A stretch of 63,381 bases of DNA, filler included, from Chiloscyllium plagiosum (lineage: Eukaryota): the NCBI RefSeq assembly GCF_004010195.1. It is 5 parts of one record of this genome, joined end to end, with 100 filler letters (N's around TTAATTAATTAA, not from the genome) between each part and the next. Parts side by side here need not be neighbours in the genome. Positions count along the whole stretch, not along the records: positions 45,502 to 56,802 come from NC_057717.1; positions 56,903 to 63,381 come from NC_057717.1; 3 more parts are not named here. The stretch is one strand, 5' to 3'. Numbering within the stretch: the first letter of the stretch is position 1; each line of letters starts with the position of its first letter. A program made the translations under genes and the position numbers. The notes under the pieces are model-generated. The model worked only from the letters and a program-made list of their open reading frames with translations. It did not search any database and had not been told where the DNA came from. Of this stretch, positions 53,595 through 63,381 are shown in pieces.

Positions 53595-53880
53595 AAATAT
53601 CCCCACCCTCACCTGCTGCCTATATTCCGGACCCCACCAAATCCACATATCCCCCACTCGTACCTACTCGCCATATCCCCATCCTCACCTACTCCCCACA
53701 TCCCCAACCTCACTCAATCCCCATATCCCCACCCTTACCTGCCCATTCTATCCCATATCCCCCAAATCTACCTTATCCCCCAACCCCACCTCATCTCCAT
53801 ATCCCTAATTCACATCCTCATTTTCTGTCCATTCTCCCCAATGTTATATACTCAGCTTCTCCACATATCCCCCACGTACC
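53595..53880. repeat. C-rich degenerate repeat (ccccatatcccc-like)
   Basis: Recurring atatcccc and cctcacct motifs. Confidence 0.7.
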
Positions 53881-55317
53881 TATACGCCAGCAGAAACCCC
53901 TGTTGTTCCTTGAGGAACTGGCATGTGGGTTGGCATCACTTGTGGAGAATATCATACAGTGTCTACTTTTCCTCAACATCCTTACCCCAATTCTTCATTT
54001 CATATGTGAAAAGCTGTTGAATATCTTCAAGATGTCTATCATAATTCTCCTTTTTATAAAGGTATCAATAAGGTAACAGATTATTTTAGCAACCACCCCT
54101 GAAGTTGCCTCTTTTTCAATATTGTGGTATCCAAGATCGTCATCTTCATGGAGACAGGGAACTGTCTGTAATTTATATTGTTAATCAAATTGCTGATCTC
54201 ATCTTGAATTTTTCTCAACATTCATTCAGGATGAGCATGACCCCACTGTGGGCCAGGTTAACTCTGAGCTCAGTGACTTTTGCAGGCTGTTTCACAGGGT
54301 GTCACAGTGTGTGTGATATAACATTAGACAGACATAGAGCTCTGTCTATTCAATACATTCCTTGATGAAAGATAGGGTTGGCAGGGGAGGGGAATGTCCA
54401 AACATTAATCAGTGGACCACGTGTTGTTTTCTGTACCTTAGTATTCAGAGTGAGCACAGCCAGATCAGTTTTTCATTGCCATTTTCCTGAGGGTGGACGT
54501 TTGGGAATGGCTAACTTGGTGCGGACACTTAGTTGGTCGGATGGATGCATAACTGAATTAGCAGCCTCTAGTTATTAACACTGGCTCGCTGGAAAAAATT
54601 AAGCCCAGGGATTTGGATATTGCTGACACAACCAGCATTAGTTACTCATCCTTAATTACCTTTCAACTGAATGGCTGGCTCAGCCATTTTTGAAGGCAGT
54701 CAAGAATAAACCACATTGCTGTTGGTCTGGAGTCAGATGACAACAAACTTTCCTTCTCTGAATTCCAAATGACAATCGATGGTCGTTTCATGATCACCAT
54801 TACCAAGATAGTTTTAAATTCCAGGCTTATTAATAACAGGGGAGACCTGAAGCTTTAGCTTTAACCAGTCTGTTTTAACAAGCAGAGTCCATTAGATTTC
54901 CTGGGATAATTGCAAAATTTTCCCTTACAATTGTGAGAACAACAAATGGAGGCTATTCTAAAAGTTTCCTTTATAAGGACAATTCTGTTGGTTTCCTGGG
55001 AACTACTGAAGTCATTCTTCTTATTTCCCATTCAGTAAGTCTGAAAGTAGACAGCTACGACGACCCAGGAGCACGTCACTAAAGGATCGGCACAATACAA
55101 AGACACAAGGTGACAGAGCCAGCAGTTTCGACAGCGAGTGCAGCGACTCCAGATTCAACACTCAGGTTAATCAGAATACCAGTTCTCTTTCCCACAACCC
55201 TACCACTCCCAATTTCATTCCAGTGCATGAAGTCCCTGGCTTCACTCAGTCATCACTCTACTGTGTTTCATCAGAGAAGGAGACCTTCATGTCAAGGTCT
55301 CACCTTCATACACATCC

Positions 55318-56802
55318 TCAGACAGTGCAGCACTGCCACAGCACAGAGCCTCTGACAGTGTGGCACTCCCTCAGCACTGACCCTCTGACAGATTGGCACT
55401 CACTTAGCACTGACCGTCGACAGCGCAGCACTCCCTCAGTACTGAGCCTCTGACAGTGCGGCACTCCCTCAGCACTGACCCTCTGACAGTTCGGCACTCA
55501 CTTAGCACTGACCGTCGACAGCGCAGCACTCACTCAGTACTGAGCCTCTGACAGTGCGGCACTCCCTCAGCACTGACCCTCTGACAGTGTGGCACTCATT
55601 CAGCACTGACCCTCAACAGCGCAGCACTCCCTCAGTACTGACCCTCTGACAGTGCGGCACTCCCTCAGCACTGACCCTGTGAGAGTGCGACACTCCCTCA
55701 GTACTGAACCTCTGACAGCGCGGCACTCCCTCAGTACTGACCCCCTGACAGTGCGGCAATCCAACAGTACTGACATTATGCCAGTGCAGCATTCCATCAT
55801 TACTGACCCTCTGACAGTGCGGCACTCCCTCAGTACTGACCCTGTGAGAGTGCGGCACTCCCTCAGGACTGACCCTCTGACAGTGTGGCACTCACTCAGC
55901 ACTGACCCTCTGACAGTGCGGCAATCCAACCGTACTGACCCTCTGACAGTGCAGCACTCCCTCAGTACTGACCCTCTGACAGTGCAGCACTCCCTCAGTA
56001 CTAACCCTCTGACAGTGTGGCATTCCCTCAGTACTGACTCTCTGACAGTGTGGCACTCACTCAGTACTGACCCTCTGACAGTGCGGGAATCCAAAGTACT
56101 GACATTATGACAGTGTGGCATTCCCTCAGTACTGACCCTCTGACAGTGCAGCACTCCCTCAGTACTGACCCTCTGACAGTGTGGCATTCCCTCAGTACTG
56201 ACCCTCTGACAGTGTGGCACTCACTCAGTACTGACCCTCTGACAGTGCGGGAATCCAATAGTACTGACATTATGACAGTGTGGCATTCCCTCAGTACTGA
56301 TCCTCCAACAGTGTGGCACTTACTCAATTCTGACCCTGTGACAGTGCGCACTCCCTCAGTACTGACCCTGTGACAGTGCGCACTCCCTCAGTACTGACCC
56401 TGTGAGAGTGCGGCACTCCCTCAGTACTGAGTCTCTGACAGTGCAGCACTCCCTCAGCACTGACTCTGTGATAGTGCGGCACTCTCTCAGTACTGACCCT
56501 CTGACAGTGCAGCACTCCCTCAGTACTGAGCCTCTGACAGTGTGGCACTCCCTCAGTACTGACCCTCTGACAGTGCGGCACTCCATCAGTACTGACCCTC
56601 TGACAGTGCAGCAATCCAACAGTACTGACATTATGACAGTGCAGCATTCCATCAGTACTAACCCTCTGACAGTGCGGCACGCCCTCAGTACTGACCCTGT
56701 GAGAGTGCGGCACTCCCTCAGGACTGACCCTCTGACAGTGCAGCACTCCCTCAGCACTGACCCTGTGATAGTGCGGCACTCCCTCAGTACTGACCCTCTG
56801 AC
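55318..56802. repeat. 33-bp minisatellite, ~45 visible units
   Basis: Consensus ctgacagtgcggcactccctcagtactgaccct; extends into gap. Confidence 0.97.
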
Positions 56803-56961
56803 NNNNNNNNNNNNNNNNNNNNNNNNNNNNNNNNNNNNNNNNNNNNTTAATTAATTAANNNNNNNNNNNNNNNNNNNNNNNNNNNNNNNNNNNNNNNNNN
56901 NNGTTAGTGACCAGGTGGTTACAGGACTGCACATATCGGTAAGTGAAGCTGCTCACGTCCC

Positions 56962-57036
56962 GGTGCTGTGATTTAGTTGGTTAATGCACCTGCGAAGTAG
57001 ATAGGGGGGTTTTTCCGTTCAGATCTGCGTGGTGAT
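56962..57036 (+). pseudogene. tRNA-Thr(AGT)-like pseudogene
   Basis: ggtgctgtgatttagttggttaatgcacctgcgaagtagatagg aligns with vertebrate Thr-AGT GGCGCCGTGGCTTAGTTGGTTAAAGCGCCTGTCTAGTAAACAGG; T arm degraded. Confidence 0.6.
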
Positions 57037-57771
57037 TGCTTATTGTGTTAATGGGTCGCTGTGTCAACTTGTTGCAAGTGTGTGATCTCCGATCACAAAC
57101 AATTCCGCATCCTGTTTGAGTCGGTGATCCGGCTTATGTTTCCTGGTTTAATTCCACGAGTGAATTTTATTTCTCTCGAACTATTAATTCAGTTTATTTC
57201 AGTTGTTTCACAAGCATTTCTGCTTCCGCTCCTCTTTTACTCCGCCCCACCCCCAGCCCCGCTTCGAGGTGAGGCAGGAGACACTGCAGACTTGCTGGGG
57301 AATGATCTGGTAATGGCACAGACACCTCGAGCCGATCCCCCCGATTCTCTGCTGTCACCGTTCTTTCATTTCACACCCACAGTAAATACATCATTGTGCT
57401 CCTATAGTTGGCCTGTAATTATGCTCGTTTTCCTGATAGATTAGGAATTCCATTTTGATTTCGAAAGGGTCATAAGATATTGAGGAGGAAATGTCTCCTG
57501 ACCTCAGGTCGGAGGGACAGACATATTAATCGGAGCACGTGAGTTCAGTTCTACACAGTCCAGCTAGGGTGGAGAAAGCCACTCAGCAGCTCCACTCTCA
57601 AACTGTCTCCTAATGTCAGGCTTGTGAAGAACAGAGATGGGAAATGAGGGATATGGACAGACAGAGAGTCGGAGAATGTGGAGGAGGGTCAGATGGATAC
57701 ACAGAGAAAGAGACACAAATGGATGCACATGTTGACGTAAACACTAAAAGGACTAATTCTCCTTTTGACAT

Positions 57772-57862
57772 AGTTAAAAATCACACAACACCAGGTTATA
57801 GTCCAACAAGTTTAATTAGAAGCACACCAGCTTTCGGAACGACGCTCTTTCATCAGGTGACA
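57772..57862 (-). mobile_element. Penelope-type pseudo-LTR fragment with hammerhead motif
   Basis: Minus strand CAC-CUGAUGA-AAGAGCGUCGUUCC-GAAAG-CUG-GUG; G at the cleavage position suggests inactivation. Confidence 0.7.
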
Positions 57863-58151
57863 TGGCTGCGAACTGACAGAAACGAAACGACAAAAAAGGT
57901 AAACATTTAAGCAATCTTTCAGCAGCTCAGGGCAAAATGGAAACAGCATTACAGCCGATAGAGTCCTTTTGAATTTGTAACGCTGTAAGCTCATGAGAGA
58001 TTTTTTTTTTTTATTTCGGATTTCCAGCATCTGCAGCTCTTTGTTTTATGTTAACCTTATTAACGTTTGGGACAAATCCAATGAACTTGCAGGTTTGGAA
58101 AATTGGTCAGAAATACTGTTACCACGATATGTTTACGGAACAAAACACCCA

Positions 58152-58223
58152 TTCCCTGACAGGGAATAGAACCGGTGCAGCGGCGGTGAGAGCACCGAAT
58201 CTGAACCAAGAGGTAACATGAGA
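58152..58223 (-). pseudogene. tRNA-Glu(CTC) pseudogene
   Basis: Minus strand ...gattcggtgctCTCaccgccgc...ggttctattccctgtcagggaa matches the Glu-CTC 3' two-thirds; acceptor and D arms broken; T4 run just downstream. Confidence 0.75.
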
Positions 58224-58911
58224 AGGTGGGAGAAGCATTCGCATTTATTCTCAGTGAAACCGCTTTTGTCTTTTTCTTTATGATTTTTTTTGTCTGCCCA
58301 TTAGTTTAAATTTGTCTTTGAACTTTTTCAGAATGGGAAACGACCATTCAGTCCATCGAGCAGTGCGGCTCAAAGACATCAATCTATTCTGGCCCCAGTT
58401 TCCAGGTCTTGACCCATAACATTGCTGTGATCTTACATGGCACAACAATGGGACTGAAGTTTGAAATGGTCACACTGTGTTGTGCCCCCCTTGACGAACA
58501 CTTACTTATTTTCACCCACAGAGAGAGACACACAAACTCATACCCTGGGGGGTGGGGCAAAGATGTCAGGATTATACTCGCCCCTTGTGCTTCACTGTTG
58601 TCCTCCAACCCCACATACATGCTTCTCCACTTTTAGGTGTAACTCAAACCAGTTGGACAGACAATGAGAGATGCTGCGGTGAGCTGGAATTTAAAACGGT
58701 CAACAGACTCAGTTGCAGCTTTTAAATATCAAAACGTACTGTTCCAATCCCTGCAGCTCCACAGACCCTGACATAACAGGAGCTGTGATACATCGGTCTG
58801 ACAATGAGCTGCATCGGGATGAAATGCAACTTTCAAATTCAAAAAAGCAAGAATATAATCCCAGCCCCTCCAAACAACTCAGAAACGGAAATGCAACAGG
58901 AAACATGTGCT

Positions 58912-58984
58912 CGAGCCAGGTAGGACTCGAACCTACAATCTTCTGATCCGAAGTCAGACGCGTTATCCATTACGCCACTGGCCC
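58912..58984 (-). tRNA. tRNA-Arg, anticodon TCG
   Basis: 73-nt cloverleaf GGGCCAGTGGCGTAATGGATAACGCGTCTGACTTCGGATCAGAAGATTGTAGGTTCGAGTCCTACCTGGCTCG; intact A and B boxes. Confidence 0.95.
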
Positions 58985-58994
58985 AACACACAAC

Positions 58995-59360
58995 ACGCAA
59001 AGGAGGAGATTCTGGAAAGGGTGAAAATAGATAAGTCCCCTGGGCCTGATGGCATTTATCCTAGGATTCTCTGGGAAGCAAAGGAGGAGATTGCAGAGCC
59101 ATTGGCCTTGATTTTTATGTCCTCGTTGTCTACAGGAGTAGTGCCAGAAGATTGGAGGCTAGCAAATGTGGTTCCCTTGTTCAAGAAGGGGAGTAGGGAT
59201 AACCCTAGTAACTATAGGCCGATGAGTCTCACTTCTGTTGTGGGCAAAATCTTAGAGAAAATTGTAAGGGATAGGATTTATGAACATCTGGAAAGGAATA
59301 ATGTGTTCAAGGATAGTCAGCATGGTTTTGTGAAGGGCAGGTCGCGCCTCACAAACCTTA
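58995..59360 (+). mobile_element. Young CR1 ORF2 RT N-terminal fragment
   Basis: KSPGPDGIYPRIL, PEDWRLANVVPLFKKG, NYRPMSLTS, QHGFVKGRS; open until gap. Confidence 0.95.
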
Positions 59361-59551
59361 NNNNNNNNNNNNNNNNNNNNNNNNNNNNNNNNNNNNNNNN
59401 NNNNNNNNNNNNNNNNNNNNNNNNNNNNNNNNNNNNNNNNNNNNNNNNNNNNNNNNNNNNNNNNNNNNNNNNNNNNNNNNNNNNNNNNNNNNNNNNNNNN
59501 NNNNNNNNNNNNGATTCGGAACCCCAAATATAAACGCCCCAGGATGTCAAG

Positions 59552-59645
59552 TTCCTGAAGAAGGGCTCATGCTCGAAACGTCGATTCTCCTGCTCCTTGG
59601 ATGCTGCCTGACCTGCTGTGCTTTTCCAGCAACACATTTTCAACA
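59552..59645 (+). mobile_element. Penelope-type pseudo-LTR fragment with minimal hammerhead motif (59552-59586)
   Basis: CUGAAGA-A-GGGC-UCAU-GCUC-GAAAC-GUC. Confidence 0.8.
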
Positions 59646-60211
59646 TCGATGTAATCACTCAGCTACGACTATCGTACCACGTCACGTGGTTGCCTTTCCG
59701 GGTCGCTCTGTCTGTGGATCTGAGGGACAGTGAAAAATTATTGCATGTGTTTGAATTCAATGACCTAAGCTTCCAAAAGGTGTAAATATCGATGCATTGT
59801 GTGTGTGAGTGTATCATCCTGATAGATGGAATATACATTCAGATAAAAACCAAATCATAAGTAGCAGGAAAAATTCAGCAGGTCTGGCAGCATCTGCACA
59901 GATTGAACCAGAGACATGGGTTCGGAATTTCGCCAGAACTTTCCGAGAATTCCGTTTTCTCCCACACCTGCTGAGTTTCCTCAGCATTTCCTGTTATTGT
60001 TTCAGATTCCCAACATCCACAGTCATTTGCGTTAGCCATAAAAACAACACACAAACACATATTTTTCTGGCCCCATTAAAAACCCGGCGCTGTGCAGGAA
60101 AGTGAGAGCAGTGACAGCTTCGACCGTGAGGAATCTGCGCAGCAAACGTACGAATCCAATCCCTGCACCTCCGCACGAATGAAAATGCTGCACAAGCCAG
60201 AGAATGCCAAG

Positions 60212-60284
60212 CGAGCCAGATAGGACTCGAACCTACAATCTTCTGATCCGAAGTCAGACGCGTTATCCATTACGCCACTGGCCC
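60212..60284 (-). tRNA. tRNA-Arg, anticodon TCG
   Basis: Identical to 58912-58984 except one T-stem change (G-T wobble); TTTT terminator ~26 nt downstream (60182-60185). Confidence 0.93.
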
Positions 60285-60606
60285 AATCCACTTAATCGTG
60301 CTCAACAGCTTGTGAACAATCAGAAGAGATTATCACATTCACTGCTTCACTTCGATGGCTCCCCTTTGGGAAGCAGTGCCTTTCACTGACAAAGGAAAGA
60401 TATTTGCCCTCACGTGTCTGCTTCAGGGTCTCTTGCTCCTGTGCTGGAAGTTTCCACTGTTTTATTCACAGTCACTGTGCGGGTTTCGGTTCCACCCCAG
60501 TGAAATGTACTTTCATACATTGAATCATGGTCTATTCCAGTCGAGGCATTGACCAAATTCAGCGAGAAAGCTACCAACTTGAGTGAGAAAGCTCACGAAT
60601 TCAAAC

Positions 60607-60700
60607 AAAGTTAAAAATCACACAACACCAGGATATAACCTGGTGTTGTGTGATTGTTAACTTTATACACTCCAGTTCAACACCGGCATCTCCAAATCAT
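60607..60700. mobile_element. Fold-back Penelope-type pseudo-LTR fragment
   Basis: 26-bp inverted arms with one mismatch around atataa (60607-60664); left arm shared with 57772-57800. Confidence 0.75.
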
Positions 60701-60860
60701 GAGTTCAAACAAAGTTGGCAAAGCAAGTGTGAATCCGAGCTGTTCAGTGAGTGTATCGAAGATTGACACCACTTCTGACCTGAAAGAAGTGTTTCCCCGC
60801 CGGGATTGGAATCCCAAACAAAGAGATGCGAAACAAACTCCCTCTTGCGCTGCCTTCAGC

Positions 60861-60937
60861 CATAGGCAGCAGGATTCGAAACCGCAAAAAGAAACCGGAG
60901 CTCCCGGTCAGCGGTGCAATCACTCAGCTATACCTAT
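60861..60937 (-). pseudogene. tRNA-Ser-like pseudogene
   Basis: gcaggattcgaa (B box, antisense) and aatcactcagcta (A box, antisense); anticodon arm unreadable; paralogous 5' stub at ~59652-59672. Confidence 0.5.
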
Positions 60938-61589
60938 AGAACCATATAACGCCGCTGCTTTTCTGAGTTTCTCTGTCTGTGGAGCTGAGGGAAGTGCATC
61001 GTTCTGCATTTGTTTGAATTCAATTACCTAAGCTTTTGAAAGATTTAAATATCGGTACAAGGTGTGTCTGGGTGTATCATTCTGGTCAATGGAATAGACA
61101 TTCAGCTAAAAGCAAAAGCAGAAACTGCAGGAAAAAGATCATCCGGTCTGGCAGCATCTGTGGAGAGAGAATCAGAGACACCGTTTCAGAATTTCTACAG
61201 AACTTTATGAGAATTCCGTTTCCTCCCTCAGGTCCTGCCGCACCTGCTGAGTTTCCCTCAGCAATTCCAACAGCAGAACTTGTCATAACAATTCTCTTTA
61301 TTTCAATCCGGACAACCGAGAGGCACAGATGTGCTTGCAAGGAATTATACGATCCTGGAAGGTGAAGAGGGAGGAGTGAAAGACATGTTGGGTTTAATTG
61401 AGATGTGGACCAGAGTACCCCAGTTGCTATGCTGAGGTTTGGAGGTGACATGACAAATTCTCTCAAATGCAGAGTCCCTAAATCATCAAACAAATGTGTC
61501 TGAACATGAGTACGGAATGGCTGCATATGACTTGTGAATTTACTTTTTGCATGGTGAGATTTCTACGGTAAGGCAAAGGATCCGCTTCA

Positions 61590-63280
61590 AGAATGATTAA
61601 GAATAATATGGTCTTGCTCTTGAGGGAGTGCAGTGAAGGTTTACCAGGCTGTTTCCGGGGATGGTGGGGCTGGCGTATGAGGAGAGATTAACTGCGTTAG
61701 GAATGTTACCTCCAGTGTTCAGACGGATGAGGAGGGAGTCTTATAGAGACTTATAAAATATAAACAGGACTAGACAGGATACATAACACATTCCTCAGAA
61801 AAGGAGACCAAAACTGCACACAATATTCTAGGTGTGGCCTCACCAAAGCGACAATGCATCCCTGCTCCTGGACTCAACCTCTCACAATGAAGGCTAATAT
61901 ACCATCTCTTCGTCAAGCAGTAAAGCTACATTGCATGAAAGCACATTACCTGAAATGCACTTGAGCATCTTCCAACGACCAGAGCATGCTGGTGACCTCT
62001 GACAACCAAAGTGGTTTCAAGGCAATATGATGTGCTTACATGGCAATAGACGCATAAATGTATATGCAGTTACATAATTAAACACACGCGCTGCTGTAGA
62101 AAATCACTGCAGGCAGACCTAGAGCATTAATCAGTTTATTGCACGATGCACCATGGGGACACACTCCTTCCGAAGAGAGGCTCAGTAGAACTCCGAACTA
62201 CTGCAGGAAATTACAGGATTATAGAGAAAACAAAGACAATGTCTCCAATTTTGAATATTCGAGTGATAGCAGCTGCTCTCCAGTCTGCAGGAATGTTTAC
62301 ATTCCTGACAGTGAATGCATTCTCTACTGCTGGAACCACTTTGTGAAGTACGCTTGGATGTCGATTATCAGGCTCTGGGGGTTGATCCACCGTCCATCCC
62401 CGCAATTTTCAAAGCAACATTTCTTTACTAATATTGATCAGCCTCAGTTCTCCCACTCAGTAAAATTTGCATTCTCCAACATTTCTGGTATCTGATTTGT
62501 GTCCGAGAGGGTTAGAGTTGCACATCACAGAGACAGGGCTTTGGCCCAAACAGATCCATGCCAAACAAATTATCCTACCACGATAATCTTATTTCCCTGC
62601 ACTTGACCCTTTATTCATCTGAACCATTCCTGCGCATGTATTTGTCCAAATACCTTTTAAATATGGTTAATGTTTCTCCCTCAACCACTTCCACTGGCAG
62701 CTCATTCCATATGCTTAACAGTCTTAGTGTATAAAAGTTGGCCCTCAGGTTCCCTTATATTATTACCATCCTAACCTTAGACTGATTCCTTCCAGTCCTG
62801 GCATACCCAACGCTGGGAAACTACTGAGTGCATGCCTCTCATGGTCGTTTACATTTCTATAAGATACCCCGTAAATCTCCTACCCTTTAAATGTAAATTT
62901 AAAGTTTCAGCAACCGATTCTCCACATCAACGATCTCACTCCCAATTTTGATTAAAAAGTTCTAGCGTGTCCTGGTTGCTCGTCCCCAAGGGATCTGCTC
63001 CAGTTAGATTAGCAATGATTAACTTCCCATTACACAGCATCCAGTGTAAGATGGCCTTCTTTCTAGTTGGTTTCCGCACGTATTGATCAAGGAAACCATT
63101 CCACATGCAACCCAGAAATTCCTCCTCTCCCCCATTGTAACTACATTGTTTAGTCCACTCGATGTGCAGTTAACATCATGCATGATCACCAAAATACCCT
63201 TATCTCATGCATCTGCAATTTCCTGTTTACTGCCATTCCCAACATCACTCCTGCAGTTTGGGGGTGTGCATGTGACAGAG
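61590..63280. mobile_element. Mosaic of old CR1 fragments on both strands
   Basis: Plus strand: gagggagtgcagtgaaggtttaccagg; minus strand: PEPDNRHPSVL...PADWRAA, 3' UTR at ~62510, endonuclease remnant ~63060-63270. Confidence 0.7.
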
Positions 63281-63381
63281 CTGGTATCCTTAAAAGAGAT
63301 GAACAAACCTACATTACAAGGAATGGAGACATTTCGCGAAAAAGTAGACCTTGATTTGATGCTAATTAGTCTTATCCACTT

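Noticed and set aside
55600..56854. Long repetitive ORFs on both strands of the 33-bp array
   Set aside because: The unit is a multiple of 3 and lacks stops in several frames; no splice or start context to support coding
58907..59533. 208-aa ORF apparently fusing a novel N-terminus to RT
   Set aside because: The N-terminus is the antisense reading of the tRNA gene; the rest is CR1 RT plus gap

Overview
Gapped vertebrate genomic DNA, almost certainly elasmobranch (shark): it carries HE1-type tRNA-derived SINEs sharing a 3' tail with HER1/CR1 LINEs. No intact host protein-coding gene is recognisable. The window is mostly a nested retroelement graveyard. It holds many CR1-clade LINE fragments, Penelope-like elements (RT, GIY-YIG, pseudo-LTRs with minimal hammerhead-ribozyme motifs) and two Gypsy LTR retrotransposons with the unusual Gmr1-type PR-IN-RT-RH order. 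One of these is full length, with both LTRs, a CCAT TSD, a tRNA-Pro PBS and a PPT. There are also four HE1 SINEs and two minisatellites (40 bp and 33 bp). At the right end lies a decaying tRNA cluster with two intact tRNA-Arg(TCG) genes and Thr/Glu/Ser pseudogenes. The least explained part is ~9.1-18.6 kb, a head-to-tail array of at least five highly diverged copies of a ~1.5-2 kb unit that I cannot assign to a TE and that looks like a decayed coding sequence. All calls come from manual reading; no searches were run, and the boundaries of degenerate elements are approximate.
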